DNA of 64,000 bases from Sphaerodactylus townsendi (lineage: Eukaryota), in the NCBI RefSeq assembly GCF_021028975.2, contig NC_059437.1, forward strand, positions 44,516,001 through 44,580,000. Direction: 5' to 3'. Numbering within the stretch: position 1 is the stretch's first letter; each line of letters starts with the position of its first letter. The notes under the pieces were generated by a model that was not told the DNA's origin, ran no database searches, and worked only from the letters and a program-made list of their open reading frames with translations. The position numbers and the translations under genes are program-made. Shown piece after piece: positions 13,309 through 26,725 of the stretch.

Positions 13309-14691
13309 TATGAGAGGTCACATTTCCAGGTTGTGGTAACCCACCTGCTCAAGTTTTGGTCCCAAATTCCAGTTTCTCTCAGCTGTACATCTGAGGCAGC
13401 AGATTTCTTAGCCTTTTAAACGTTTCATGAACAACCTTTAAATAGCAATGGCATGCTGCTAAAGCTTCAGAGGAGAGCAATTTAACAGCATACGTTCAGT
13501 CACACAGGAAACAATATCATAGTTGCATGCAAATTAGTTAATGAGGAGGTGTGACTGTCTGAGAATCTGGAGTTCAGTCTTACTTTGTGATGTCCTCCCC
13601 CCCCCCCAGCTGTTTTTCTGGCATGAGTAGCATACCAGGCTTATATTTCACAGTACATGCTCTTTGGATTGGTTTGTTTTGTGTGTGGGGGGGGGGGGGA
13701 GTTGTGGGGGGGGGGGAGTGCTGTTTTACATCTCTCACTATATGAAGTGGCATGTAAGCAACGTTTAAACCTCCGAAATAACTGAATCGTTCAAAGCAGA
13801 GATAGGTGAAGCAAAAGTTACGCTATGGTTATAACTTGCAAGTTCATGTCACCTGTCTTGTTTACATCTATGAATGTACATATGAAGCTTCTTTCACTGT
13901 CAGGCCATTGGTAGGTATATCAGTGTCATTACTGTCAGACTGGCAGTGACTCACCAGGGTCCGGGCAGAGATCTTTTACATCACCTACTGTCTGATCTTT
14001 TTCACTAAGAGCTGCTGGAGATTTCATCTATGACCTCCTGAATGTTCTACCACTGGGCCTTGGGCCCTCTGCTACATATGAGTATTTTACCACATGCTGG
14101 GTTCTGGAGACAGGGCAATTCAAGCTAAAAATCCCTGCTCAGATATGAAGGATAACACTGAGTAATTATATACTGCTGTGTACCTTTGTAACAGTGTGTG
14201 GGAATGAAATCTAAACAAATTTGTGTTGAGATCGAGCTACTGTATGGTACACACTGCATTCTTCACTCATTGCTAAATACGTATGTATCCCACTTCCTGT
14301 TTGAGGTCTCTGTTCCCCTTTGGCCAATTAGTCAGCTAGCACTAGTGATAAATTCATGAGCAGCTAAGTAATTTATCTCCAGGGAGTCTAGAAATGTGCT
14401 TTGGTAGAATTGCACCACAGATTATGATGTGGTTTCCAGCATGTAATCAAGACCCAGGGCAAAATCCCATCTTCTGCTGTGTATGTTTGTGTAGCGCTGA
14501 TCATGTGCTGAGAAGATGCAGGCCAGACCAGTTCTGTTAGCCAAGGATTAAGGTCATAGAAAAGAAGGAAAGGAAACCGGACCAGAATTTCTGGACCTAA
14601 ATTCATCTAGCTCAGCTTTCTGTTTCCAGCAACACCTACCCAGATGCCTTTGGATGCTTCACAAGCAGGACTTAATGGTTTGTGTCTAGTA

Positions 14692-14839
14692 CAGGGGTAG
14701 GGAACCTGCGGCTCTCCAGATGTTCAGGAACTACAATTCCCATCAGCCCCTACCAGCATGGCCAATTGGCCATGCTGGTAGGGGCTGATGGGAATTGTAG
14801 TTCCTGAACATCTGGAGAGCCGCAGGTTCCCTACCCCTG
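14692..14839. mobile_element. Palindromic hAT MITE (perfect 148-bp palindrome)
   Basis: Two 74-bp arms with no spacer; 8-bp TSD gtctagta. Confidence 0.95.
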
Positions 14840-15299
14840 GTCTAGTATCTGGTACTTAAAAGGGGCACAGTTTTTGCAGGAAAAGATGTTATTGAATTTG
14901 CCCATTCCTTCTCCCAAAGCTACGTAGGGTGGAGAGTGAACCTTGTAGGAGGTAAAGCTCCAACTTTGGCATACTTCTTGCGTACTTACAGCACTGTGTT
15001 TACCTTCTAAAACTTGCACATGCTCTCCATTGTGCCAAAAAAGCTGTATAAGTGTCGCCTCCCCCTCTTCCCAGAGCATAGGGTTGTCTAGGAATGAACC
15101 CTAGGACTCAGTCTATGTAAGGGGGCTTAATTACTAGGTAGAAGTTCCAGCAAAGAAGAGGTTTCAGTTGTTTAGGAAATGCTTATATGTGTATGACCAC
15201 CTCTTTCACATATTCAAGAGGTGGGAAAATCCTTTCCCCCCTACCCCTCAGCCTCAGTCATCCATCAGCAATATGAAGATAAAACTTATATAGCCACTG

Positions 15300-15448
15300 A
15301 AAGGTGGAAGGATTCAGCAGGTTAACACTCCACTTCGCAGAACCGTGATGTAGTTAAAATGATGCTTATAAACAATAATAGTTATTCAAATCATTTGAAT
15401 CCCACCATATGAACCGGCTGTTAAATTCATTTTGAATCCCACCACCGC
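15300..15448 (-). mobile_element. hAT-like MITE (CAGTGGTGGGATTC family), degenerate
   Basis: Reverse match to 40013-40361, with repeated tttgaatcccacca. Confidence 0.65.
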
Positions 15449-15483
15449 TTATGGCCTAACTTGGCACGGTTGAGTGTTAGGCA

Positions 15484-15610
15484 CAGGTGTCAACAATCTG
15501 TGGGAGCCCTCCAGATGTTATGGACTACAGTTCCCATCATCCCCTGCTAGCATGATGATGGCAGGGGGTGATGGGAACTGTAGTCCATAACATCTGGAGG
15601 GCTGAGACTG
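15484..15610. mobile_element. Palindromic hAT MITE (CAGGTGTC terminus)
   Basis: ccctccagatgttatggactacagttcccatca / its reverse complement. Confidence 0.8.
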
Positions 15611-17706
15611 TAGGCATTACATCCCAGTGGTAGAGCATCTGCTTTGAATGCAGAAGGGCTTCTGCCTAAGGCCCTGAAGAGCTGTTGTTAGTCTGAATTG
15701 ATAATATTGACGTTCATAAATGACCTGGTCTGGGTTAGCATAAGGCAGCTTCAAGTCTACAGGATCATGGAGGGGTCCCCAACCTGTTTGAGCCTGTGGG
15801 CATCTTTATTTTTAATTATACTAAATTTATACCCCACCCTTCCCAACCAAAGTTGGTCTCAGGGTGGCTTCCATATAGAATTAAAGTGCACAGATGCTAA
15901 TAATACAATATAATGTCACTAAACCAGTCTAACGTATCTTTTATACTACATTTGCATGGTGAGCATCCATGCCCCACTTCTGAAAAAGTAGCCTCAGGTT
16001 CTGCTGGGTTGCAATTTCAGTGGTCTTTGAAGTGCCTCCAGGTTCCAGCTTATTTTGTTTCTCCTGGGTAAATGTGCAGCTATAATTCTGACAATGCATA
16101 GCAGGCGCAGCCACAAAATGGGTGCCACTGGAGGCGGAGCCACCTCCAAAATGGCTACTACTCCTTACTTTCAGTCACACATTGAAGATCTTTGGGGTGT
16201 GGTGGCAGCTGCTGTTAAATCAACCTCTTTAAAAATCTGCACACCAATCAGATGCCTTGCTGGACAAATGCCCCACCTGGCCACACCCACTTTTTAAAAA
16301 AACCCTTGCCGGGCACCTGGGTGCCACATCAGGGACCCCTGAGGCAGTATAGGGGAAACACTTCAAGAATGTGTTCTGCTGAAACTCTATCATACTTTGT
16401 GTTTATATACAGCACTTTAATCCACTGTTCTAAAAATGCAAGGCATCAATATTTCTAATTTTCCTAAATGTTGTCTGCCATCACATTGATATTTTCCTCA
16501 AAAATAGGTTATTAAATGAAGAAGTGCTGCAGCCATCACTAAAGAACAACCACTCAGTAACAAACAAAAGCTGACATAAAACCTGATAAGTTGCCACTGA
16601 GTACAAATACTTGGCAAAAGTGGACAGTCTTAAGGTGCCTTCTAAAATCCTTAAGAACGAAGACTAACACTTGGGAGGGAATTCCAGTGCCACACATGAA
16701 AGAGACATATCTTGCATGCCTTGCTTACCAAACCTTGGGCAATGGAACAGCATAGCATCATTAAAATCTCTCAGCACAGGTCATCAGAAAACTTAGCCCT
16801 CAGATGTTATGGACTACAGTTCCCCTCATCCATATGATATTAAAATAGTCCATAACACCTAGATAGCCAAACCAATTTCTGGAAAGCACCCTTGATGCCG
16901 GGCACCCTGATGATGTTAAGCGAGAAACCACCTCTCTGAATTGGTCCTGGTAGCAAAGTGGAAGCCAGTGGAGTTGAATTAGAATTAACCCATCAGCAAA
17001 TGTGCAGCTGTAATTTAAGTTCCCCCAAACTCTCCATGAGGAGCACATCACAAGTATGTTGTATAATGTGCTCTTTAGCTTTTAATGGGGAAATTTGAAA
17101 ACAAATCTAAAGCTTATTACAAATGTTGGAATGGGTAGAGTTACTGTGTTTTCATGTTCCTTTGACATTTACCTCTGGCAAATATTTCAATAAAGCCCAT
17201 GAATCTTCCTGACTCAAGGTAATACTAATATGTTCATTTAGTTGGGGGTTGTCCCATCCTGCAGTCACCTTTAGCCAATCAACAATTGTCCATACATGGA
17301 TAAGGATAGTTTGGAGGCGGTCAGGCGGGGTATAATTTCCCTTATGTACATTTTGCAACTCGTCAACTTGGATTTTGTATCTCTTCTCGTGAGCAAAAAC
17401 TTTGCAACAATAGTTGTCTTTTATTTAACAATGTTGCAAGTATGTAGGCTAACCGTACCTGAAATAAAACAAATTCTTCTGGGGATAGGAATCTCACATG
17501 GTCAGAAAAAGTATCTAATGATGAGTACTATTATTCAAATAACCTGTTAAACCTGAATGAACAACTGTTGTCCTGATTTATCCTGTCTAAAGCAACACCA
17601 AGAAATATTTTGCTGGAGATTTCTACTTAACCCCACACAAAGTTGCCATGTTGAAACCTTGGTCATTCAAAGTGCTTTAAATCACCCCCTCCAACCATAT
17701 GAATAT

Positions 17707-17880
17707 GTATTGTCGAAGGCTTTCAGCGACTGAAGATCACTTGGAGTGCTGTGTGGTTTCGGGCTGTATGTGGCGCGTCTAGCAACAATGTCTCCTGGCG
17801 TTTAGCTACAGAGGATCCTCACAGAGATGCCAGCCTGAATGCAGGTGAAAGCGTCAGGAAATACTGCTGAACAAACCACT
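17707..17880. mobile_element. Degenerate inverted Penelope-like termini
   Basis: gtattgtcgaaggctttca...gaggatcctc...gatgccagcc, same family as 40077-40285. Confidence 0.65.
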
Positions 17881-18207
17881 AATCTATCTATAAGGAATAT
17901 ATTTCCAAATCTGTTTATGGAAGCAAATGAAACATGGTCTCCTTTGTAGAAACCAATACAGAATACAATTAGTGTAAAACATTTAGCTGCCTGGTCATCT
18001 TTAGCCAGCCCAGGGGTGTGTGATCGCTGATTAGATCACTTAGATTACTTTTACCTGAGGGTAGCTAAGGAAGGATGCTATTAGAAAACTGTCCAGCATG
18101 ATCATGCCACAATGAGAAAGGGGTGAATCAACATGATCATGACATGGGAGGCCGAGGGGCTCGGGAGAACTCAGTAATTGGTATCTGTATTGGTTGCCAT
18201 GTGCAGG

Positions 18208-20086
18208 CAGTGGCGTTCCTGGGACGGGGGGGGTACCGTCCCGAGCCCCCATTTGGTCCTGGAAGCCAACATTCAGGAGTCGTTTGTGTTTTTTTAATTT
18301 TTTTAGCGTGGTTTTTTCGCGTTCCAGCCTGCCTGCCTGCAGAGGCGTTTTAAAGTACTCGGCACCAAAAGAATTTCCAGGGTACCATCCAGCTGTCCTG
18401 ATGATACCACCATCCAAATTTGAGTGATGTTTGAGTTCAGGAAGCAAAGTTATAATATGGACCCCAAAGGGGTGCCCCATCCCCATTGTTTTCAATGGAA
18501 TCTAACGGATGAGGGGCTACCGTTTGAGGGACCATAACTTGTTCCCCAATTCTCTTCCTAAACTTGGGTGGCATCATAAGAATAGTTAACAGATGATACC
18601 GAAAATTTAGTGTCCTAACACAATACACCTTCAGAGCACCCAAAGTACTTAAGATTCTTTTGTTTTGCAGTGACTTTTGCTCCATTGGCAGCCAATGGGG
18701 GGAATTTCTAGTGTAGGCAGGCTGCACATTTTGAAGGGCGGGCACCAGACTTTCAGGGGTGGCTCTGGGAGGACCTCTGGTAATAGCATCAGGTTTTAGA
18801 GACCTTGGCGCTGCTTCTGGGGGTTCAATTTTATGGGCCCCAAAGGCTTGTTCCCGGCTCCTGCACATGAAGCCTGTGGGCTGGAGTTCTCTCAGAACTC
18901 TCTCAGCTCCCCCCCCTCCACCCAGAAGCAAAGCTCCTGGGTGGATGCTATTCTCCAAAATTCTCTTGAAGCCAGCTTGAAAGTCTGGTGCCTCTATCTT
19001 CAAAAAAAATGTGTACTGCAGCCTGCCTCAGAAATTCCACAATGGAAAAAAAATCACTGCAAAACAGTCTTGGGCAAATTCTTGGGGTTGCCTGGAAGGA
19101 TGTATTTTTTTAAAAAATGAAGTGACACATAGGAGGGTATTGCCACCGGTTTGGTGAAGTTATGTTCAAAGAGACCAAAGTTATGGTCCTCAAATGGAGT
19201 GGCTCCCATCTCCTGTTAGCTCCATTGAAAACGGTGGGGATGGGGCATTCACGGAGAGTCCATGCTTTGCTTCGAACCAAACTTATCGCCAAACTCGGGT
19301 GGTATCATCATCAGAACTGCAGTCTCTGGATGATGCCTCCTGAAATTATGGTGCCACTAGCTTTTAAATGCGCTCCTGCAGGGCTGAAAAACACCAAAAA
19401 TACCCCCCAAAACCCAAAATGCTTTTGCATTACGCGTTTGTTAATTTTCTGGGCAGGACATAATCGGACAATTTTTTTGTCTTGAATGTGCCCAAATTTC
19501 CCTAAGTAGGATTCCAGCTTCTAATCTGCTATTTGTTTCATCTGAATCTCCAACCCTCAAAAGTGATGCTGTTTTCGGGTGGAGAAGAATCCGCCCCTGA
19601 AACAGCATCACTTTCAATTTTGTTGTTTAACCGGGGACCCCAGATTCTCCCTTTAAGCTGTAGATTTAAAGGAAAGAATCTGAGCTCCTAGTTTAAACAC
19701 CAATGAAAGTGGATTCCACTGGAGGTGTTTTGTGAGAGATGATGCTGACATTTGTTTGAAGTAAAATGTTTTGCTGGGGGGTGATTTGTGAGAGATTTAC
19801 ATGCTTAGTAATACCCAATTTGGCACTGGCTTGAGTTGTTTTCTCAGGCTAACAACCCACCTCATGTGGGTTGTTGTGGGATTAGGAGGAAGTAGGAAAG
19901 AAGTTGGTGGGTAGAGGCATGTATGTTCTGGATGGGAGTGGGAGGTGATTTGTGAGCTGGTACAAAAAATCATTGTTTTGGTCATGGTGGAGGCGGATGG
20001 TCAGCCCATGCACACACGAGGCTTGAGGGGCACCAAACTGGGTTTTGTCCCGAGCGTAGATTTGCCTCTAGCGATGCATACACCTG
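18208..20086. mobile_element. ~1.9 kb non-autonomous hAT-like DNA element inserted into a tRNA-derived SINE
   Basis: Starts cagtggcgt; imperfect 8-bp TSD tgtgcagg/catgcagg; internal subrepeats; SINE A-box part upstream (~18156-18207) and B-box/body downstream (20095-20255). Confidence 0.65.
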
Positions 20087-20396
20087 CATGCAGGAGGTCC
20101 CAAGTTCAATCCCTGGCATCTCCAGTTAAAAGGTTCAGGTAGTAGGTCAGGTGAAAGACCTCATCCCGAGACCCAGGAGAGCCACTGCCAGTCTGAGCAG
20201 ACAGGACTGATCTTGCTTGCTTGATGGTCTGATCCAGTGCAACGCAGCTTCATATGTGCATTTTCTTTAATTCTGAATCTGAACAAACTCATGTTAGTGT
20301 TTTTGGAAAGAATGGGGGTAGATTGTTCCCTCCTGATAGTTTATATACCTGTCCTCAAAGGAGACTGTTGACTTGCATATCTGAGCTCACAGAGAG

Positions 20397-20676
20397 AGAG
20401 CCAGCGTGGTGTAGTGATTAAGAGCAGCGGACTCTAATCTGATGATGCGGGTTTGATTCCCCACTCCTCCCCATGAGCGACAGACTCTTATCTGGTGAAC
20501 TGAATTTGTTTCCCCACTCCTCCACGTGAAGCCTAGTGGGTGACCTTGGGGTTAGTCACAGAACTCTCAGCCCCTCCCATCTCACAAAGTGTCTGTTGCA
20601 GGGAAAGGAAGGCGTTTTTAAGCTGCTTTGAGACTCCTTACAGCTGAGAAAAGCAGGCTATAAATCCAAACTCTCT
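20397..20676 (+). mobile_element. tRNA-derived SINE (Squam3-like)
   Basis: gagagccagcgtggtgtagtg head and ataaatccaaactct tail. Confidence 0.85.
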
Positions 20677-21727
20677 TTGGCATACAACTACCGCCTCTGC
20701 ATTACCAGGCGTAAGGGCATAACACTGACTTTTATTTAGGTTTATGATTTGTCTGATATGCTTTTCTCGTCAAACTGACCTTTCCTGGTTTTGAGGCTTC
20801 TGGGATTTACCAACCTACCCCTGTATCGCTCTCTCTATCTTCCCCAGGGCGTAATGCAATTAAACACTTCTTCCCAATACCATCAGCTCATCCACTGCCC
20901 ACTGAGTCTCCAACACTCTGTCTGCTTAGCTGACATTGCACATGGAGTGTGCTGCACTTCCAGTCATGCTGCTTTGAAGGTCTTTGATATGGAGTCCTGC
21001 TTTCAGCTGAGTCAGGCAGTTTTCCTACCGTGGCCAGCACTAACTGGTGGTGGCTTTCCAGCTCTCAGGCAGGGTGTTTCCCGGTGCCTGCCAAGGATTG
21101 AACCCTCCGCATGCAAAGAATGTGCTCTGTCACTGCATCGTGTTCCCGCCCCCGTTAGGACCCTGGGATTCCAGCCTTGATTGAAAGCAGAGTGTTATAG
21201 TATAAATCCCTCACTCTCAAAATCCATAATCCTCTGTTCCCCACAGAGTGCTTCAGGATTACAGCTTTGTAAATGCTATTTCTGTCTGGTATTTGCAGGG
21301 CACAAGAGTGTTCTGGTTGGAGGCAAGCAAACAAGAGAATGATTGCATTCCTGCTACAGAAGTCCCATGTTCTATATATGTGTTTACGGCTGCTAAGACC
21401 TCGATAATGAGAACTGCTGAATCATCAGGAAATGTCAGTTAGGTTGAGATGATTGGATCTTCCATAGCTCTGAAAGGTGGCTGCTTATTTTCCAGTCACC
21501 AAAGGGCAGAAATGTTAAGGTTGCAAACATGCAGCATTCTCAGAGTATTGCGTAAAACTTTATTTCCATGAAACTCTGAGATTCATCTGCATCAGCAGAT
21601 ATTCAGAATACAGAATTGAGTTTGAACCATCTAACAACTTGAAACAAACCTGAGCTTATGTGACTTTATGGTCTCTAGTTACAATCTGATTTTTGTTTTG
21701 ATGTCAACAGTAAGGGTCTGTCCAGAC

Positions 21728-21893
21728 CAGGGGTAGGGAACCTGTCAATAGAGCTCTCCACTGATGTTCAGGAACTACAATTCCCATCAGCCTCTCTGTC
21801 AGCATGGCCAATTGTAGCCATGCTGGTAGGGGCTTCGATGGAATATTCAGTAGTCTCCTGAACTTATCTGGAGAGCCGCAGGTCTCACCCCTG
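21728..21893. mobile_element. Palindromic hAT MITE (indel-rich copy of 14692-14839)
   Basis: caggggtagggaacc terminus and shared core. Confidence 0.8.
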
Positions 21894-22047
21894 GTCCTCG
21901 TGACTTAAGAAGCGATGAAATGGATCCTGCCCCTCTATTGAATACATCTACCAGCCAATTTAAGTGGCTCTTCCATCCGAGGAAGGCTTTTAGACTTTTC
22001 AAGAAAGAGTGGCTGGATTCACTTGTGTGAATCCAGCTGCCCTAGGG

Positions 22048-22192
22048 CAGTGGTGGTGAACCTTTGGCACTCCGGATGTTATGGACTACAATTTCCATCA
22101 GCCCCTGCCAGCATGCCCAATTGGCCGTGCTGGCAGGGCTAATGGGAATTGTGGTCCATAACATCTGGAGTGACAAAGGTTCGCCACCACTG
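22048..22192. mobile_element. Palindromic hAT MITE (CAGTGGTGG terminus)
   Basis: Perfect 8-bp TSD ccctaggg. Confidence 0.9.
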
Positions 22193-22862
22193 CCCTAGGG
22201 GAAACTATGCTTGTGAATCCTGATTTGTTGGCATGGTCTGTTCTCTCTTACTGCCCCTACTTCCCTGTCCCATGTAGCCAGATAAGTGGTTATGTTTTCC
22301 TCAGGGCTGGATTAAGCTAGTGCAGGGCCTAGAGTATGGTACAAAGGGGCCCGGGTTGCAAGCACACCATAGTGGCGCAGGTGCGCTCTCCATCTGGCGT
22401 AACAGTGGACGCTGCAGCAGTTTGGGAGCATGGGAGATAGCACAAAGGACACCACACCTGTATACACAATACAGTAAAGAGGCAGAACATGTAGAACCAA
22501 CAAAATGCAACTCCCCTGACGTGTAAACAGCAGTGTTGCCATATCATGAGAATACAGTGAGACAGCGATTTCTTGCAACAGTTCACCATTACATCTGAAC
22601 TGGCAAACCGGGATACCAAATAGCTGCCCCCTATTTGGAATCATGGTTTGCAGGGTAAACCTAGAAAATAATGGCAAACAGTAGCTTACCGTGGAGGCAG
22701 AAGTAAGCAGCCATCTCACTTTAGGAAACAGATGTTGGTCAAATGAACCTTGAAGGCTCTTCATGATACACTCACATAGGGTTGGATCCAGTTGGAAATA
22801 TCCATACCTGCAGGGAGGCAATTCTCCCCTACTGCAGTAGCCCTCTGTGTGGCTCTTGTGCA

Positions 22863-22977
22863 CAGGTGTCAAACACGCGGCCCTCCAGACGTTATGGACT
22901 ACAGTTCCCATCATGCTGGCAGGGGATGATGGGAACAGTAGTCCATAATATCTGGAGGGCTGCAAGTTTGACACCTA
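22863..22977. mobile_element. Palindromic hAT MITE (CAGGTGTCAAAC terminus)
   Basis: caggtgtcaaac...gtttgacaccta with shared core. Confidence 0.8.
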
Positions 22978-24426
22978 TGCATCTTGTGGATCCTCCACCT
23001 CTCAGAAACAGCACTTCAAGGAATCTTTTTCTTTGCTTTGGGAGGGGGAATGCAAGAAAGTGTCTCTCCTGAATATGGAATTGAGATAGAATCCAGTCAA
23101 TAGCAGCAAAGCACAATTGGCTGATGCATTTGAACCTGAACATCATAGCATAAATGCCACATTGCAGAGCTGTGATTTGCAGTACTATCTTCAGGAAATA
23201 ACCTTCCAGGGAGGAGCAGAACCTCTGGAGTACACTGCTGCAAATTCCCAACATTAGTAGACTGTCCAGAAAGATACTGTGGTTGGTAGAATCTTAAGTT
23301 GCAGAGAGGTAAAGAAGAATTTGCAGGGTCATTACTTTCACCCAATGAACATTGTCCATCAGGGCAACCCAACACTGCAACAGGAGGCAGATTGAAATGG
23401 ATATAGGCAATTCCACAACCGGAAGCCTAATAAATTCAGTACTGCGTCCATGTAACGTTCAGATATCTAAAAACTGCAGTGGTTTGTTGAGGGTTGTGAC
23501 GGGCATGTGGTCAGAACTCAAAACCTTGTTTCTAAATAAGTTAGCTTAATAATGGAGCCTGACTGGTGCGTGAGATCTCATGCACTAATTATCTGTGTGT
23601 AGTTTTCTGCAATCCTGTGTACTTCTATCTGTGCCTGTTCATTTCTTTCTTGTTTGCTTAGTAAATGAAATACCAATGGGATAACCAGTAAATGTATTTA
23701 GATTTATACCCACTTGGCAGTCTTTGTCCTCATAGCTGGAATATTGCTCTTATGTTCCTGTAGATCTTATCTTTGCATACCCACTGTTTCCAAGCAAGTG
23801 TGTGCTATCTGATGTGCTCTGTTCACAGACCAATGGATGGGAAGAATGCACACCGTCACAGAAGGGCATCAGCAACTTTTCAGATTGTCTGCAATGTCAG
23901 CTTACTAAGGAAACAAATGCAGCTAGTCAAACTCGTTCTTCAGTTCGGCTGTTTTTGTTAGGAAAAGTGTTGTTTGTCTTCACTTTTATCCCACGCTGTC
24001 TACCAGAGGTGCTCAGGGCAGCACAGCTAATCAAAGGACAATAGAAAACAATAAGTACGCAGTAAAATATCATTTTGAAATGGTTTAAGGTGGGTGTCCA
24101 TGTTGGTTGGCAGTAGAAGAGCAAGATACGAGAGCAGTAGCATCTTAAAGACCTAAGGGAGCTTTGACTCTTGAAATCTTGTACCCTGGAAACCTTGTTT
24201 GCCTTTAAGGTGAATTTGAGTAAGCAACGAAATTTAACAGGCACCAAAAACCTAGCCCAGTGTGGTCTGGATATCAATGGGGAATATTTAATCTTGCTAC
24301 TGTTTCTGCAAGGTAGACAACTATTTTTGGGGTACCAAGAAGATAAGAGTGGGTTATCTAAATTGGTTGATGGTTGAGGATTTCCATCTGTTATGGTTGA
24401 GGATTTCCATCTGTTATTTCCTCTGG

Positions 24427-24755
24427 AATCATAGAGTTGGAAGAGACCACAAGAGCCATCCAATCCCCTGCCATGCAAGAGTACACGTATCAAAGCAGTC
24501 CTGACAGATGGCCATCCAGCCTCTGTTTGAAAACCTCCAGACTCCACCACACTCCCAAGGCAGCATATTCCACTGTCGAACACCCCTTACTGTCAGGAAG
24601 TTCTTCCTAATATTTTGGTGGAATCTCTTTTCCTGTACTTTGAATCCATTACTCCTTGTCCTAACCCAGGTGTCTGCAACCTGCTGCTCTCCAGATGTTC
24701 ATGAACTACAATTCCCATCAGCCCCTGCCAGCATGCCATTTATTTATTTATCTAT

Positions 24756-24795
<40 letters not shown>

Positions 24796-25853
24796 TTTGG
24801 TATACCGCCCAATCCCCGGAGGGCTCTGGGCAGTGTACAACATAAAAACACATAAAAACATCAAAGGCATCCATAAATTATAATAAAACAGCAGTTATAA
24901 TATATCTAGATGGCGTCCCTCCTAAACCTGATCCCTTTAGCAAGAGGGGGAGAGGTCCCGATGGTATGAGGAGCCCATAGATCTTAATAATGGATCCCAT
25001 TAATATTGGGATTCCAGCCTGGGGGCGGGGGGCACTCAGCGGCTGGTTTCTCCAAAAGCCCGGTGGAACAACTCGGTCTTACAGGCCCTGCGGAAATCCC
25101 CAAGGTCCCGCAGGGCCCGGACAGTTGGAGGAAGAGTGTTCCACCAGGCAGGGGCCAGAGCCGTAAAGGCCCTGGCCCGAGTGGAGGCCAGCCGCATCAT
25201 TGAGGGGCCAGGGATCTCCAGTAGATTGGCCTCTGCCGAACGCAGAGGCCGAGCTGGGACATATGGGGTAATGCGGTCCCCTGCTGACAGGGGCTGATGG
25301 GAATTGTAGTTCATGAACATCTGGAGAGCCGCAGGTGGCAGACCCCTGTCCTAACCTCTGAAGCAGCAGAAAGCAAGCTTGCTTCCCCTTCAGTATGACA
25401 TCCCTTCCATTATTTAAACCTGGCTATATATGTCACCCCTTAACCTTCTCTTCCACAGACATGCTTAGCCCCATAGCACTCTTCATAGGACATGGAATCC
25501 AGACCTTTTACCATTTTGGTTACCCTCATCTAGACTGGTTCAAGCTCGTCATTATCCTTCTTTAGTTGTGGTGTCCAGAACTGGACGCAGTATTCCAGAT
25601 GAGGTCTGACTAATGCAGAATAGAGTGGTACTATTTCGTCCCTCAATATAGACACTGTACTCCTGTTGATGCAGCCCAGAATTGTATTGGCTTTTTTGGC
25701 TACCGCGTCACACTGCTAATTCATGTTCAGTTTGTGGTCTACTAAGACTCCCCTATCCCTTTCATATAGTTGGTCATTGACCGTAAATAAAATATTCTAT
25801 TCTATTCATATCCCTTTCACATGCACAATTGTCAAGCCAGGTGTCACCCATCC
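24427..25853 (-). mobile_element. 5'-truncated CR1 LINE containing a palindromic MITE (24667-25348) that contains an L2-like LINE 3' end (~24738-25281)
   Basis: CR1 3' end gaatcatagagttggaag; MITE TSD tcctaacc; inner piece encodes PYVPARPLRS...RAFTALAPAWWNTLP...FRRACKTELFHRAF with a (taaa)n tail. Confidence 0.85.
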
Positions 25854-26725
25854 TGCAGTATATCAGATCTTATGGTGCAATATCTGCTCTTCATCACTCA
25901 GCCTGAAAAACGAGTTTGAGGAATGTATCATACAGGCCTTTAGGGAGTGACACCTTGTTTGGAACCAGCTGCACAACTGCTCAGAAGGAAGGGGTGTTTT
26001 GTGTTGTTTTGTTTTTTAACTAGAGCTAAAATTTTCAATGGTTTGGTTCAGAAGCATCAAACCATGGTTTGGTAATTGAAGAACTTTCTGATGTGTGTAT
26101 CTTCCATCTTTTCTTCACCCATGGAAAATGGTTACTAGTTGTTTCCAGAAAAATATACCTTGCCACTATGGTTTGTGGTTCCCTGAAAATCACCATTTTT
26201 CTGGAATACTGGTTTATAGGATGGTTGCAAACCATGATTGGCAATTTGGATGAAACAACAAACTGGTTTTATCTGAACCCAGCAAAGGCTGGAATCCAAA
26301 CACCTGCAAACAAAGTGGAATTTGCAGAAGGAATCTTTGCAGATTAACCCTTTCCCACCCCCACCCCCATATTTAAATCTTTATGTGGAACAGGGTATAC
26401 AGGATTAACCCATTCACGAGGTCATAGCAGGAAAGGGAATTGGCAAAGATGCCATCCACAAATTCTCTTCAATTCAGGATTTCTTTGGTCCAATCCAGTA
26501 CTTTTTCAGCCTCACAAATAAAACCTAAGGAGTTATTACTTGGACAGATGTGACTGCATTTGCCTTTAGAGAATTCCATAAATCCTATCCATTTCAGAAT
26601 CTGGATGAAATGTTTTCCTCTGTTTAAAAAGAAATCTCCATATTTCTTCAGTGAACGAATACTGCACTACGATCTTATAAAATATGTCCAGAAAATTGAC
26701 TTTGAACTGTCTTTTTCTCTTGCAG

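Noticed and set aside
18040-19485. Cluster of 100-190 aa ORFs as a possible transposase
   Set aside because: No DDE, zinc-finger or dimerisation motifs; overlapping ORFs on both strands inside a non-autonomous element.
22560-22660. Extra nested-gene exon using the acceptor at 22660
   Set aside because: It would need a 29-nt intron; the phase-compatible acceptor at 22457 fits better.
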